A DNA stretch of 10,762 bases from Patescibacteria group bacterium (GTDB taxonomy: Bacteria; Patescibacteriota; Minisyncoccia; GWA2-38-13b). Under the pieces are notes generated by a model that saw nothing but the letters and a program-made list of their open reading frames with translations, had not been told where the DNA came from and did no database searches. This document shows positions 1 through 7,027 of this stretch, one piece after another; position 1 is the first letter of the stretch, and every line of letters begins with the position of its first letter. Position numbers and translations under genes: made by a program. The DNA is taken from positions 1-10,762 of the forward strand of contig JBBTRL010000046.1 in NCBI GenBank assembly GCA_038065195.1, written 5' to 3'.

Positions 1-87
1 TCGATTTTAATAATAGCGCATTTTTAGCCCGAAGTCAATAAAATGTATAACGCCAGATACATATTGGCGACATAATCTTTATTTGGC

Positions 88-117
88 TTGCTTAAAGAAC
101 TTAATCCATAGTAAAAT
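88..117 (+). promoter_or_regulatory. Putative sigma70-like promoter for tRNA-Lys (TTGCTT -18- TAAAAT)
   Basis: TTGCTT at 88-93 and TAAAAT at 112-117, about 15 nt upstream of the tRNA 5' end. This is sequence-pattern evidence only. Confidence 0.25.
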
Positions 118-132
118 CAAAATGCGATAAAC

Positions 133-205
133 GCGCCCATAGCTCAGTTGGTAGAGCAGTTGCCTCTTAAGCAAATGGTCGGGGGTTCGACTCCCTCTGG
201 GCGCA
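133..205 (+). tRNA. tRNA-Lys (anticodon CUU)
   Basis: A 73-nt cloverleaf. The acceptor stem GCGCCCA pairs with TGGGCGC, the D-stem is GCTC/GAGC, and the anticodon stem/loop is gTTGC-CTCTTAA-GCAAa with CTT at positions 34-36. The T-arm is GGGGG-TTCGACT-CCCTC with discriminator A. CCA is not encoded. Confidence 0.9.
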
Positions 206-261
206 TAAATAAAATATGCGAAATCCGATATTATACTCAAAGATTAACAGCTGCGTAATCA

Positions 262-289
262 TTGATTTTTATTAATTATCCGGTATACT
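262..289 (+). promoter_or_regulatory. Putative sigma70 promoter (TTGATT -16- TATACT) for the 358-729 gene
   Basis: The -35 element TTGATT (262-267) and the -10 element TATACT (284-289) are separated by 16 nt. An AGGAGG ribosome-binding site (345-350) lies 7 nt before the ATG at 358. Confidence 0.35.
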
Positions 290-357
290 GAAAAGAATGA
301 AAAAGTAGTTCGTTAAAATATTAAGATACCTTTAATCATTTTTTAGGAGGATTATTT

Positions 358-729
358 ATGATTGAAAAGCTTACGCTTTTGGGGAAAACTTTCGGAGTAT
401 ATTGTTCAACGCATCCGAACGAATACCACGACACGCTAATCATTGACGAATTGAATGGCGAAGCACCAAATAAAAACGCAATGATTTATTTAGATATCCG
501 GTTTGATACGAATGAATGGGATTATTATTCGTGGGAAATTCCGATTATTTCTTTATTGGAATTTGAAAAAAAATTAAATAGAACTGGCACCGCTATAATT
601 GAAGAAGAAAATAATTTATTGGCTATGAAAATTGAAGGCGGGAAATTATTTTACAAAATAAAAATCGCGAATAAATTATTTAAAGGAAAATTTATCTCAA
701 ATAATTGGAGTGAAATAAAAGAAAAATAA
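358..729 (+). CDS. Hypothetical small cytoplasmic protein (123 aa), no recognisable domain
   Basis: An ATG start with a strong AGGAGG Shine-Dalgarno sequence, rare in this window, at the ideal spacing. It ends at TAA and is followed by an intrinsic terminator. It has no transmembrane segments and no motif that I recognise. Confidence 0.6.
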   Translation: MIEKLTLLGKTFGVYCSTHPNEYHDTLIIDELNGEAPNKNAMIYLDIRFDTNEWDYYSWEIPIISLLEFEKKLNRTGTAIIEEENNLLAMKIEGGKLFYKIKIANKLFKGKFISNNWSEIKEK

Positions 730-741
730 TAAACAAAAAAA

Positions 742-768
742 ACCTGACGCAACCGCGCCGGGTTTTTA
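742..768 (+). terminator. Rho-independent terminator downstream of the 358-729 gene
   Basis: The stem ACCTGACGC / GCGCCGGGT (9 bp, one mismatch) has loop AACC and is followed by TTTTT. An A-run precedes it, so it may also act on the opposite strand. Confidence 0.5.
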
Positions 769-813
769 ATTTAATACCTAAATACTTTGAATTACGAAAT
801 ACTTTAATTCAAG

Positions 814-850
814 CTTGCGCCCCGTCTACCTACGGTAGACGGGGCGCAAG
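814..850. repeat. GC-rich perfect inverted repeat (16-17 bp arms, 3-5 nt loop) between convergent genes
   Basis: cttgcgccccgtctac-c-tac-g-gtagacggggcgcaag. It is a perfect palindrome with very high predicted stability and sits in an otherwise AT-rich intergenic region. No U-tract follows on either strand. Confidence 0.5.
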
Positions 851-909
851 AACTGCGCGCAAAAACTGCATTTCATAATTCAAGATCTGTAAATAATTTT
901 AAAACAAAC

Positions 910-2211
910 TCACCTACTTTTCTTTTTTCGCATCTTTTTTTCTTCGTCCGAAAAAATATTGATTTTACCGTATTCGCCGTCATAGCCTGGAATTATATTT
1001 AATTTTCTTTCCCTAACTCGTTTTACTCCCTCGGCAATTTTAACATCGGAAACTTGAGCAATATTGTCAATTGACGCATCAAGTAAAATGCTGAATTCGT
1101 TGCCAAAACCATTTATCAATGCTTTGTATTTTTCAAATACCATTTTTGTGCTAACGCCCACGCCGTAAACATCGCCGATAATTTCTTCCAAAGGAACTAA
1201 ATTTTTGAATGGTACGGTATTCTGTAGTTTTTCGCTTTCTTTTCTGTCCGCCAATTTATCCACCCTATTCATAACACCGATGGTTAAAGGATGTTTGCAT
1301 TTGGGACAAATGTTATTATGCGCTTTACTTTCTTTGGGACTGAATATTATATCGCAATCTCTATGACCGTCGTAATGATACTTTCCTTCTTCCGGAAAAA
1401 ATTCAACCGTATAAATAAATTCTTTGGAGTTTTTATCCTTTATCATTCGCACGATATCGGCGTAGCCCGTTTTCGCCGTATCCGCGACTTCAAAAACATT
1501 CGCTTCACGGCCGATTTTATGCAAAGAATGGGCATCGGAATTGGATATCAAAGAAATACCATCAAGTTTGGAAAGTCGCCTATTCATCGCTGGGTCCGAC
1601 GAAAGACCGGTTTCAATGGAAAAAATATACTTGGAATATGCGTCAAAACATTCCTCAATCGTATCAAATCCGGATTTTGACCCGAAAATGGAAAACCAAG
1701 GCGTCCAGACATGCGCCGGAACAATCAAGCACTGTGGCGAAGCATTCAAAACGATTTTAGTCAACTCTTTGACGTCCAACCCCAAAATCGGCCGACCGTC
1801 AGAACGCAAATTTCCAATCCGACCAAGTTGAACATTTATTTTTTCCACTGCTTCAAAATCGGGCGCGAAAACAATAATATGAATTTTACGAACTTTATTA
1901 TTTTTGGAGTATATACAGCTTATTTCAGTGGTTAAAATAAATCGTAAGTCGTTTTTTAAAACCCCCGAAAAATCATTATCTTTAATTTTATATGCATCTT
2001 TTAATCGAAAAAGTCCGTTATCCAATTCCAATTTTTCTTTAATTTCCTTAAACCAAACGGGGTGCGTGAAATCGCCGACAGAAATTACATTTATGCCCTT
2101 TATTTTTCCCCATAAATCCAAATGCTCCAAATCCATTTCTGGACTGGTCGCGCGAGAATATTTTGAATGAATGTGAAAATCACCGATAAATCGCATGTTT
2201 TTATTATACAT
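910..2211 (-). CDS. PHP-domain metal-dependent phosphoesterase with a C-terminal zinc ribbon; endonuclease Q-like (TIGR00375-type family)
   Basis: The N-terminus carries GDFHIHSKYS (PHP HxH metal site). PAHVWTPWFS, SNSDAHS, GREANVFEV, GKYHYDGHRDC, CPKCKH and GYDGEYGKI motifs appear in the same order I recall for EndoQ-family proteins (about 420-430 aa). The ATG start is at 2209-2211 and the stop is TGA. Confidence 0.55.
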   Translation of the reverse strand: MYNKNMRFIGDFHIHSKYSRATSPEMDLEHLDLWGKIKGINVISVGDFTHPVWFKEIKEKLELDNGLFRLKDAYKIKDNDFSGVLKNDLRFILTTEISCIYSKNNKVRKIHIIVFAPDFEAVEKINVQLGRIGNLRSDGRPILGLDVKELTKIVLNASPQCLIVPAHVWTPWFSIFGSKSGFDTIEECFDAYSKYIFSIETGLSSDPAMNRRLSKLDGISLISNSDAHSLHKIGREANVFEVADTAKTGYADIVRMIKDKNSKEFIYTVEFFPEEGKYHYDGHRDCDIIFSPKESKAHNNICPKCKHPLTIGVMNRVDKLADRKESEKLQNTVPFKNLVPLEEIIGDVYGVGVSTKMVFEKYKALINGFGNEFSILLDASIDNIAQVSDVKIAEGVKRVRERKLNIIPGYDGEYGKINIFSDEEKKMRKKKSR

Positions 2212-2419
2212 CGCTTTTAAATAATAAAACTATTGACTTTTGTTTTAGATACATGTTAATCTCTGAATTAGTAATTTAAAATTTGAATAATCCGAAAAGA
2301 GGAATAATTGGAATAGTAGAATAAAAACCGACGCAATTAAGAATAACTCGCAAAATATGGCATGACTTTATGATTATTTTAAGGCAATTTTTATGATATG
2401 AAAGGATGGTATAAAAAAT

Positions 2420-4228
2420 ATGTCTAGTTTGTTGTTTGGTTTTTTATTTCTTTTAGCAGCTTTATTCGCACATCAAGTAAGCCATGTTGTATTGGGAAAT
2501 AAAAATAAAATATTCACGCTTAGCGTTAGATTTGTATGCGGAGCAATTGCCGTTATTTTAATATCTTCCTTGTCTTTCGTGTTTATTGGAGAAAATGAAA
2601 CCGGTCATCTCCATAAAATTTATGGCGGGAAAAGTTTGAAAGACGGCGCGATTGTGGCTGCCAAAGGCGAAAAAGGACCGCAAGCGGATATTTTAACACC
2701 GGGTTTCCATTTCAGACCGCTTTTAAGAATTATTTATAAAGTATCCAAAGAATCGGTTTTCATTGTACCGGAAGATAAATACGGTTTTCTTATCGCTAAA
2801 GATGGCATGCCAATGCGTCCGGATCAAACATACGCCGATGCTTTTAATCCAAACGAATTAAGAAGTATGCTTTATGACGCACGATATTTTTTGGAACATA
2901 ACGGACAGAAGGGTCCGCAAACAACCGTCTTGACTCCAGGAACTCATCGTCTGAATAAATTTATTTGGGATATAAAGCTGGGTGATATAACGGAAGTTCC
3001 CGAAGGTTTCGTGGCAGTTATAAAATCAAATGTATGGTCACGAGTAGATTTCGGCAATCTTAAAACGGAAAAACCGGAAAATATTTCCCCGGTAAAAACG
3101 GATGAATTTACGGGAAGGGACTTAAAGGTCCCGCTTGTACCGGTTGGAGCTATCGGAATATGGGAAAAAGCCTTAAATCAAGGCAAATACTATATTAATG
3201 AGCATGCCTACAAAGTTATTTTATTCAATACAAGGGCCAATACATGGGAATACAAAGGAGGCTACACAAAACGTCGTATTGACTTAATGATAGATGAAAA
3301 CGGGAAAATAACTCAAAGTGAATCAAGCACCACCGTACCTGTCCCCGCAAATGCCGCCGATCCAGCTATTGAAGTAAAGGTTGAAGGATGGTCAATCCCC
3401 TTGGAATTGCGAGCGCTTGTCCAGGTATCGCCGGAAAGCGCGCCTTATGTGGTTGCTTCCGTAGGTGGTTTGCAAGAAGTTGAAGATAATATTTTAACCC
3501 CGATTATCCGTTCAGTTGTAAGAAATGTGACGGGCGGAACAATCAATGTTCCGGCAGACGATCTCTCTGGTAAATCAACCAACCGGCCAACCCGAGTACT
3601 TGATTTAATGATTAATAGGGGTGTACTGGAACAAAATATCGAAGACCAAATACAACCAGAAGGTCTGAAAGCCGGAGTTGATATAAAGGAAATCCGATTT
3701 GGCGATCCAGCCATTCCTCCCGAACTGCTTCTTGCCTGGCAAAGAGAACAATTAGCGCAACAATTAAAAAAAGCTTATACTCAAGAAAAAATCGCGCAAG
3801 ATGAAAGAATAACCACAGAAAAGGCTAAGGCAACAGCGAACCAACAGTCAAAACTCGTGGAATCGGAAATCGAAGTAAAAAGATCCGAGCAAGCAGCGAT
3901 GGCCAGGCAAAACGAAGGAACGGGAGAAAAAAATAAATTAACATTGATTGCCCAAGGACAAAAAGAACAGGTAGAGGTTTTGGGACCAGACAAAGTGGTT
4001 GAATTAAGAAAATATGAGCTACTCTTAACTACTTTGATAAATTATTTTGACAAACACCCCGAAGTATTAACGCAAGCATTATCTAACGCGCATAAATTTG
4101 TACCCGAAAGAGTATTTAGCATAGGTTCGGAAAATAAGGGAACAGATCTGATGGGCGCGGCGGGAATATTGGGAGATTTTTTAGGTCAAGAAAAACAAAT
4201 AAAAGACAATAGTCGAGAAAAAAAATAA
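2420..4228 (+). CDS. SPFH/Band-7 (flotillin/YqiK-like) membrane protein, 602 aa
   Basis: Two N-terminal hydrophobic helices are followed by an SPFH-like core (AAKGEKGPQADILTPGFHFRPLLRIIYKVS ... beta-rich region). The C-terminal region is long, Q/E/K/A-rich and coiled-coil-like (QREQLAQQLKKAYTQEKIAQDERITTEKAKATANQQ...), which is typical of flotillin-family proteins. The ATG start has an upstream AAGGA. Confidence 0.6.
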   Translation: MSSLLFGFLFLLAALFAHQVSHVVLGNKNKIFTLSVRFVCGAIAVILISSLSFVFIGENETGHLHKIYGGKSLKDGAIVAAKGEKGPQADILTPGFHFRPLLRIIYKVSKESVFIVPEDKYGFLIAKDGMPMRPDQTYADAFNPNELRSMLYDARYFLEHNGQKGPQTTVLTPGTHRLNKFIWDIKLGDITEVPEGFVAVIKSNVWSRVDFGNLKTEKPENISPVKTDEFTGRDLKVPLVPVGAIGIWEKALNQGKYYINEHAYKVILFNTRANTWEYKGGYTKRRIDLMIDENGKITQSESSTTVPVPANAADPAIEVKVEGWSIPLELRALVQVSPESAPYVVASVGGLQEVEDNILTPIIRSVVRNVTGGTINVPADDLSGKSTNRPTRVLDLMINRGVLEQNIEDQIQPEGLKAGVDIKEIRFGDPAIPPELLLAWQREQLAQQLKKAYTQEKIAQDERITTEKAKATANQQSKLVESEIEVKRSEQAAMARQNEGTGEKNKLTLIAQGQKEQVEVLGPDKVVELRKYELLLTTLINYFDKHPEVLTQALSNAHKFVPERVFSIGSENKGTDLMGAAGILGDFLGQEKQIKDNSREKK

Positions 4229-4239
4229 ACGAACACATG

Positions 4240-4274
4240 AACGCCTTGTGGATTAATTCCATAGGGCGTTTTAA
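4240..4274 (+). terminator. Rho-independent terminator after the SPFH gene
   Basis: The stem AACGCC / GGCGTT encloses an inner TGG..CCA sub-stem and is followed by TTTAAAATTT. Confidence 0.45.
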
Positions 4275-4332
4275 AATTTAAAAAACGTACGATACGAACT
4301 CACTAGAATTGACCGCGGGAAATTATTGTATT

Positions 4333-6162
4333 ATGATAAAAAAGATGAAAAATCTTATAAAAAATATATTTATCATAATACTGATATTCTTCATACTGTC
4401 AGCAATTTTTACATTCTATTCTTCAACCAACGAACCGAAAGAAATAAATTTATCGCAACTCATTGAAGAAATAAACCAAGAACAAATTGCAAAAATCACC
4501 ATCAAAGATAATAACCTTGAAATAGATCTTCGCGACGGAACGAAACAAATCTCAAAAAAAGAACGCGAATCCTCGTTAACAGAATCTTTAAAAAATTATG
4601 GGATTGAACAGAATAAAATCAACTCTTTGAATATGAAAATTCAGGAACCGTCTGGAACTATGTTTTGGATAGGCAGTATTTTGCCGATCGCCCTTCCATT
4701 TATTTTAATAATATTTTTCTTTTGGTTTTTAATGCGACAAGCGCGGCAAGGTTCAATGCAAGCGTTTTCTTTCGGCGAATCGCGCGCCCGTTTTATTTCC
4801 CCGAAAGATAAAAAAGGCAGAATAACATTTAAGGATGTTGCCGGATTGGAAGAAGCCAAAGAAGAATTGAAAGAAATTGTTGATTTTCTGAAAAACCCCA
4901 AAAAATATACCGACATCGGAGCTAAAATCCCCAAAGGCGTTTTATTGATGGGTCCGCCCGGAACCGGCAAAACCCTTCTCGCCAAAGCCGTAGCCGGAGA
5001 AGCCGATGCGCCATTTTTCAATATTTCCGGATCGGAATTCGTGGAAATGTTCGTTGGAGTCGGCGCGTCCCGCGTTAGAGATCTTTTCAAAAATGCCAAA
5101 AAAAACGCGCCAGCCATTGTTTTCATTGATGAGATTGACGCGGTTGGCCGGCAACGCGGCACCGGACTTGGCGGAGGTCACGACGAACGAGAACAAACTT
5201 TAAATCAAATTCTCGTGGAAATGGATGGATTTGATACCGATACCACTGTTATTGTAATAGCGGCAACCAACAGGCCAGATGTTTTAGATCCGGCGCTTTT
5301 ACGACCGGGAAGATTTGATCGGCGCGTTATTTTAGACAATGCGGATATCAAAGACCGCGAAGCGATACTTAAGATTCATAGTCGTAATAAACCGCTTGAT
5401 AAAACCGCAAATTTACGGCAAGTCGCGGAAAGAACTCCTGGATTCTCCGGAGCGGATTTGGAAAATCTGATTAATGAAGCGGCAATTCTAACGGCGCGAA
5501 AAAATAAAAAAATAATATCGCAACACGACATATTAAGTTCAATTGAAAAAGTTTTATTGGGACCGGAAAGAAAGAGCCATATTCTTTCCAAAAAAGAAAA
5601 AGAAATCGCCGCTTTTCACGAAGCCGGACACGCTTTAGTCGCGGCAAGTTTGCCTAATGCCGATCCTGTCCACAAAATCTCCATTATTTCGCGCGGACGA
5701 GCTGCCGGTTATACGCTTAAACTGCCAATTGAAGACAAGCAACTTTATTCCCGTTCTTATTTTTTGGACGAATTAGCGGTTTTACTCGGCGGGTACACTT
5801 CTGAAAAACTCATATTCAATGAAATGACGACCGGAGCATCCAATGACCTCCAAAAAGCATCAGAAATAGCAAGAAAACTTGTCCGTCAATATGGAATGTC
5901 TGATAAAATAGGACCGGTAACATTCGGCGAAAATGACGAATTAGTGTTTTTGGGACGAGAAATCGGCGAACACCGCAACTATTCCGAAGAAATAGCGTCA
6001 AAAATAGATCAAGAAGTAACACGATTCATTGACGATGCCCAAAAAACGGCTAAAAAGATTTTATCTTTACATAAAGAAAAATTAGAAAAAATAGCAAGAA
6101 AATTAATAGAAAAAGAAGTGATTGAACAAAAAGAATTTAATGAACTTATAAAAGAACAGTAA
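4333..6162 (+). CDS. ftsH: ATP-dependent zinc metalloprotease FtsH
   Basis: There is an N-terminal transmembrane helix, a periplasmic-like segment, then a second transmembrane helix. The AAA+ module has Walker A GPPGTGKT, Walker [10 protein letters not shown] and [23 protein letters not shown]. The M41 protease has zinc motif HEAGHAL. The ORF track begins at a TTG at 4309. The first ATG is at 4333 (MIKKMKN...), with another at 4345. The stop is TAA at 6160-6162. Confidence 0.92.
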   Translation: MIKKMKNLIKNIFIIILIFFILSAIFTFYSSTNEPKEINLSQLIEEINQEQIAKITIKDNNLEIDLRDGTKQISKKERESSLTESLKNYGIEQNKINSLNMKIQEPSGTMFWIGSILPIALPFILIIFFFWFLMRQARQGSMQAFSFGESRARFISPKDKKGRITFKDVAGLEEAKEELKEIVDFLKNPKKYTDIGAKIPKGVLLMGPPGTGKTLLAKAVAGEADAPFFNISGSEFVEMFVGVGASRVRDLFKNAKKNAPAIVFIDEIDAVGRQRGTGLGGGHDEREQTLNQILVEMDGFDTDTTVIVIAATNRPDVLDPALLRPGRFDRRVILDNADIKDREAILKIHSRNKPLDKTANLRQVAERTPGFSGADLENLINEAAILTARKNKKIISQHDILSSIEKVLLGPERKSHILSKKEKEIAAFHEAGHALVAASLPNADPVHKISIISRGRAAGYTLKLPIEDKQLYSRSYFLDELAVLLGGYTSEKLIFNEMTTGASNDLQKASEIARKLVRQYGMSDKIGPVTFGENDELVFLGREIGEHRNYSEEIASKIDQEVTRFIDDAQKTAKKILSLHKEKLEKIARKLIEKEVIEQKEFNELIKEQ

Positions 6163-6186
6163 AAGAACGAAAGATGGAATAAATTA

Positions 6187-6214
6187 AAAGAGCGCCTGAT
6201 AACGCTCTTTTGCT
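6187..6214 (+). terminator. Rho-independent terminator after ftsH
   Basis: The stem AAAGAGCG / CGCTCTTT (8 bp) has loop CCTGATAA and a T-rich tail (CTTTTGCTATTT). Confidence 0.45.
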
Positions 6215-6238
6215 ATTTAAAATTTTGTGATATATATT
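6210..6238 (+). promoter_or_regulatory. Putative promoter for tRNA-Ile (TTGCTA -17- TATATT)
   Basis: TTGCTA at 6210-6215 and TATATT at 6233-6238, about 13 nt before the tRNA 5' end. The -35 element overlaps the ftsH terminator tail. This is pattern evidence only. Confidence 0.25.
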
Positions 6239-6251
6239 TATTATGTAAAGT

Positions 6252-6325
6252 GGGTATGTAGCTCAGCTGGTTAGAGCACGGCCCTTATAAGGCCGGGGTC
6301 CTTGGTTCAAATCCAAGCATACCCA
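6252..6325 (+). tRNA. tRNA-Ile with anticodon UAU (AUA-decoding)
   Basis: A 74-nt cloverleaf. The acceptor stem GGGTATG pairs with CATACCC, the D-arm is GCTC-AGCTGGTTA-GAGC (Ile-like body), and the anticodon stem/loop is CGGCC-CTTATAA-GGCCG with TAT at positions 34-36. The T-arm is CTTGG-TTCAAAT-CCAAG with discriminator A. CCA is not encoded. Confidence 0.85.
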
Positions 6326-6350
6326 TAGATGCAATCCCAACGCGTTCACT

Positions 6351-6386
6351 AAAAACAATCCGATGATTTATTGTTGGATTGTTTTT
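6351..6386. terminator. Bidirectional terminator between the convergent tRNA genes
   Basis: The inverted repeat AAAAACAATCC ... GGATTGTTTTT flanks a 14-nt loop. It carries an A-run on one side and a T-run on the other, so it would terminate both tRNA-Ile (+) and tRNA-Leu (-). Confidence 0.5.
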
Positions 6387-6388
6387 AG

Positions 6389-6470
6389 TGCCGGTGAGAG
6401 GATTCGAACCTCTAATCTTTTCAGCACATGGTCCTAAACCATGCGTGTATGCCAATTCCACCACACCGGC
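6389..6470 (-). tRNA. tRNA-Leu (anticodon UAG), type II with long variable arm
   Basis: The reverse complement gives acceptor GCCGGTG/CACCGGC, anticodon stem/loop CATGG-TTTAGGA-CCATG with TAG at positions 34-36, and a 13-nt variable arm. The T-arm is AGAGG-TTCGAAT-CCTCT with discriminator A (82 nt). CCA is not encoded. Confidence 0.85.
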
Positions 6471-6509
6471 GTAAATATTGACGGACAAGTCTGCCTATCA
6501 ATAGGTATG

Positions 6510-6541
6510 CAAATCGATTCCACCACCAAATCGATTCCACC
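6510..6541. repeat. Two tandem copies of a 15-nt direct repeat (CAAATCGATTCCACC) separated by 2 nt
   Basis: Copy 1 at 6510-6524 and copy 2 at 6527-6541 are exact. A short palindrome CCTATCAATAGG lies at 6494-6505. The repeat sits in the leader region of the minus-strand tRNA-Leu. Confidence 0.5.
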
Positions 6542-6568
6542 TAATAAAATTAAACCTTATTTTAAATT

Positions 6569-6603
6569 AAAAATCAACCGGCCAAATCGGCAAGTTGATT
6601 TTT
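6569..6603. terminator. Terminator hairpin downstream of the last pilin-like gene on the minus strand
   Basis: The stem AAAAATCAAC / GTTGATTTTT (10 bp) has an inner GCC..GGC sub-stem. On the minus strand it is followed by a T-run, 20 nt after the stop of the 6623-6955 gene. Confidence 0.45.
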
Positions 6604-6622
6604 AATATTCAATGCTATCATT

Positions 6623-6955
6623 TTATAATCCGGAGACATCAATACCCAAAAACGAAGGAAGAACCTGCATCACAATAATCCACGCCAAAAATACAATCGC
6701 GACACCGGCAACCGTGTATATTATTGTAGACAAAGCCTTTTTTCTCGTCTCGTCATTTCCACCAGAAGTCATCCATTGAATGCCGGCAACAATTAAAAAC
6801 ACAACTGCCAATATAACGGCAAAGGCAAAAAACCAATTCATAGCCGTCTTAAAAAGAGCATATATCTCATCCAAATCGCCCACATTAGATTCGGTTGGCG
6901 GTTCAATCGGCTGAGCGTAAACTGTATTTATTATATTTGATAAAAAATTCAACAT
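6623..6955 (-). CDS. VirB2/TrbC-like T4SS-pilin-family small membrane protein (paralog 6, 110 aa)
   Basis: The core is NWFFAFAVILAVVFLIVAGIQWMTSGGNDETRKKALSTIIYTVAGVAIVFLAWIIV: two hydrophobic helices around a GGND..KK loop. The N-terminus is short and uncharged (MLNFLSNIINTVYAQP). The start is ATG, and an in-frame stop lies 9 nt upstream. Confidence 0.65.
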   Translation of the reverse strand: MLNFLSNIINTVYAQPIEPPTESNVGDLDEIYALFKTAMNWFFAFAVILAVVFLIVAGIQWMTSGGNDETRKKALSTIIYTVAGVAIVFLAWIIVMQVLPSFLGIDVSGL

Positions 6956-6966
6956 AAATAAACTTT

Positions 6967-7027
6967 AAAAGAAAATGACGGCGTCAAAACGAAAGTATTC
7001 CCGACGCTTTTACGCTCATTTTCTTTT
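6967..7027. other. Large imperfect palindrome in the 152-bp spacer between pilin paralogs 5 and 6
   Basis: The outer arms AAAAGAAAATGA (6967-6978) and TCATTTTCTTTT (7016-7027) are exact reverse complements. An inner stem GCGTC/GACGC and a GACGGCGTC palindrome lie between them. Confidence 0.45.

Noticed and set aside
910-912. Alternative genetic code (UGA recoded), as seen in some CPR lineages
   Set aside because: TGA terminates the EndoQ-like ORF at a position consistent with the full-length protein. All long ORFs are uninterrupted under the standard table, so nothing requires recoding.
1291-2170. Four plus-strand ORFs (129, 96, 74 and 88 aa) inside the EndoQ-like gene
   Set aside because: They are antisense and overlap a 433-aa ORF that has clear conserved motifs. 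No ribosome-binding sites are present, and they are typical shadow ORFs in AT-rich DNA.
3445-3993. Two minus-strand ORFs (89 and 70 aa) inside the SPFH gene
   Set aside because: They are antisense shadow ORFs within a well-supported long coding region.
4309-4332. TTG at 4309 as the ftsH start (ORF-track start)
   Set aside because: It adds eight residues (MTAGNYCI) before an ATG that begins a typical K-rich N-terminus followed by a transmembrane helix ([16 protein letters not shown]...). The ATG at 4333 is more plausible, though this is not certain without 5' mapping.
4641-6022. Several antisense or out-of-frame ORFs inside ftsH (173, 84, 65, 71 and 68 aa)
   Set aside because: ftsH is unambiguous from its motifs. 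The overlapping ORFs are artefacts.
6285-6488. 67-aa minus-strand ORF spanning the tRNA region
   Set aside because: It overlaps both tRNA genes and the terminator between them. Its translation consists of tRNA-derived sequence such as ...GFEPRTPAL, so it is an ORF-finder artefact.
6510-6541. Possible CRISPR-like repeat
   Set aside because: There are only two copies of a 15-nt unit separated by 2 nt. There are no spacers and no cas genes, so this is a simple tandem repeat and not a CRISPR array.
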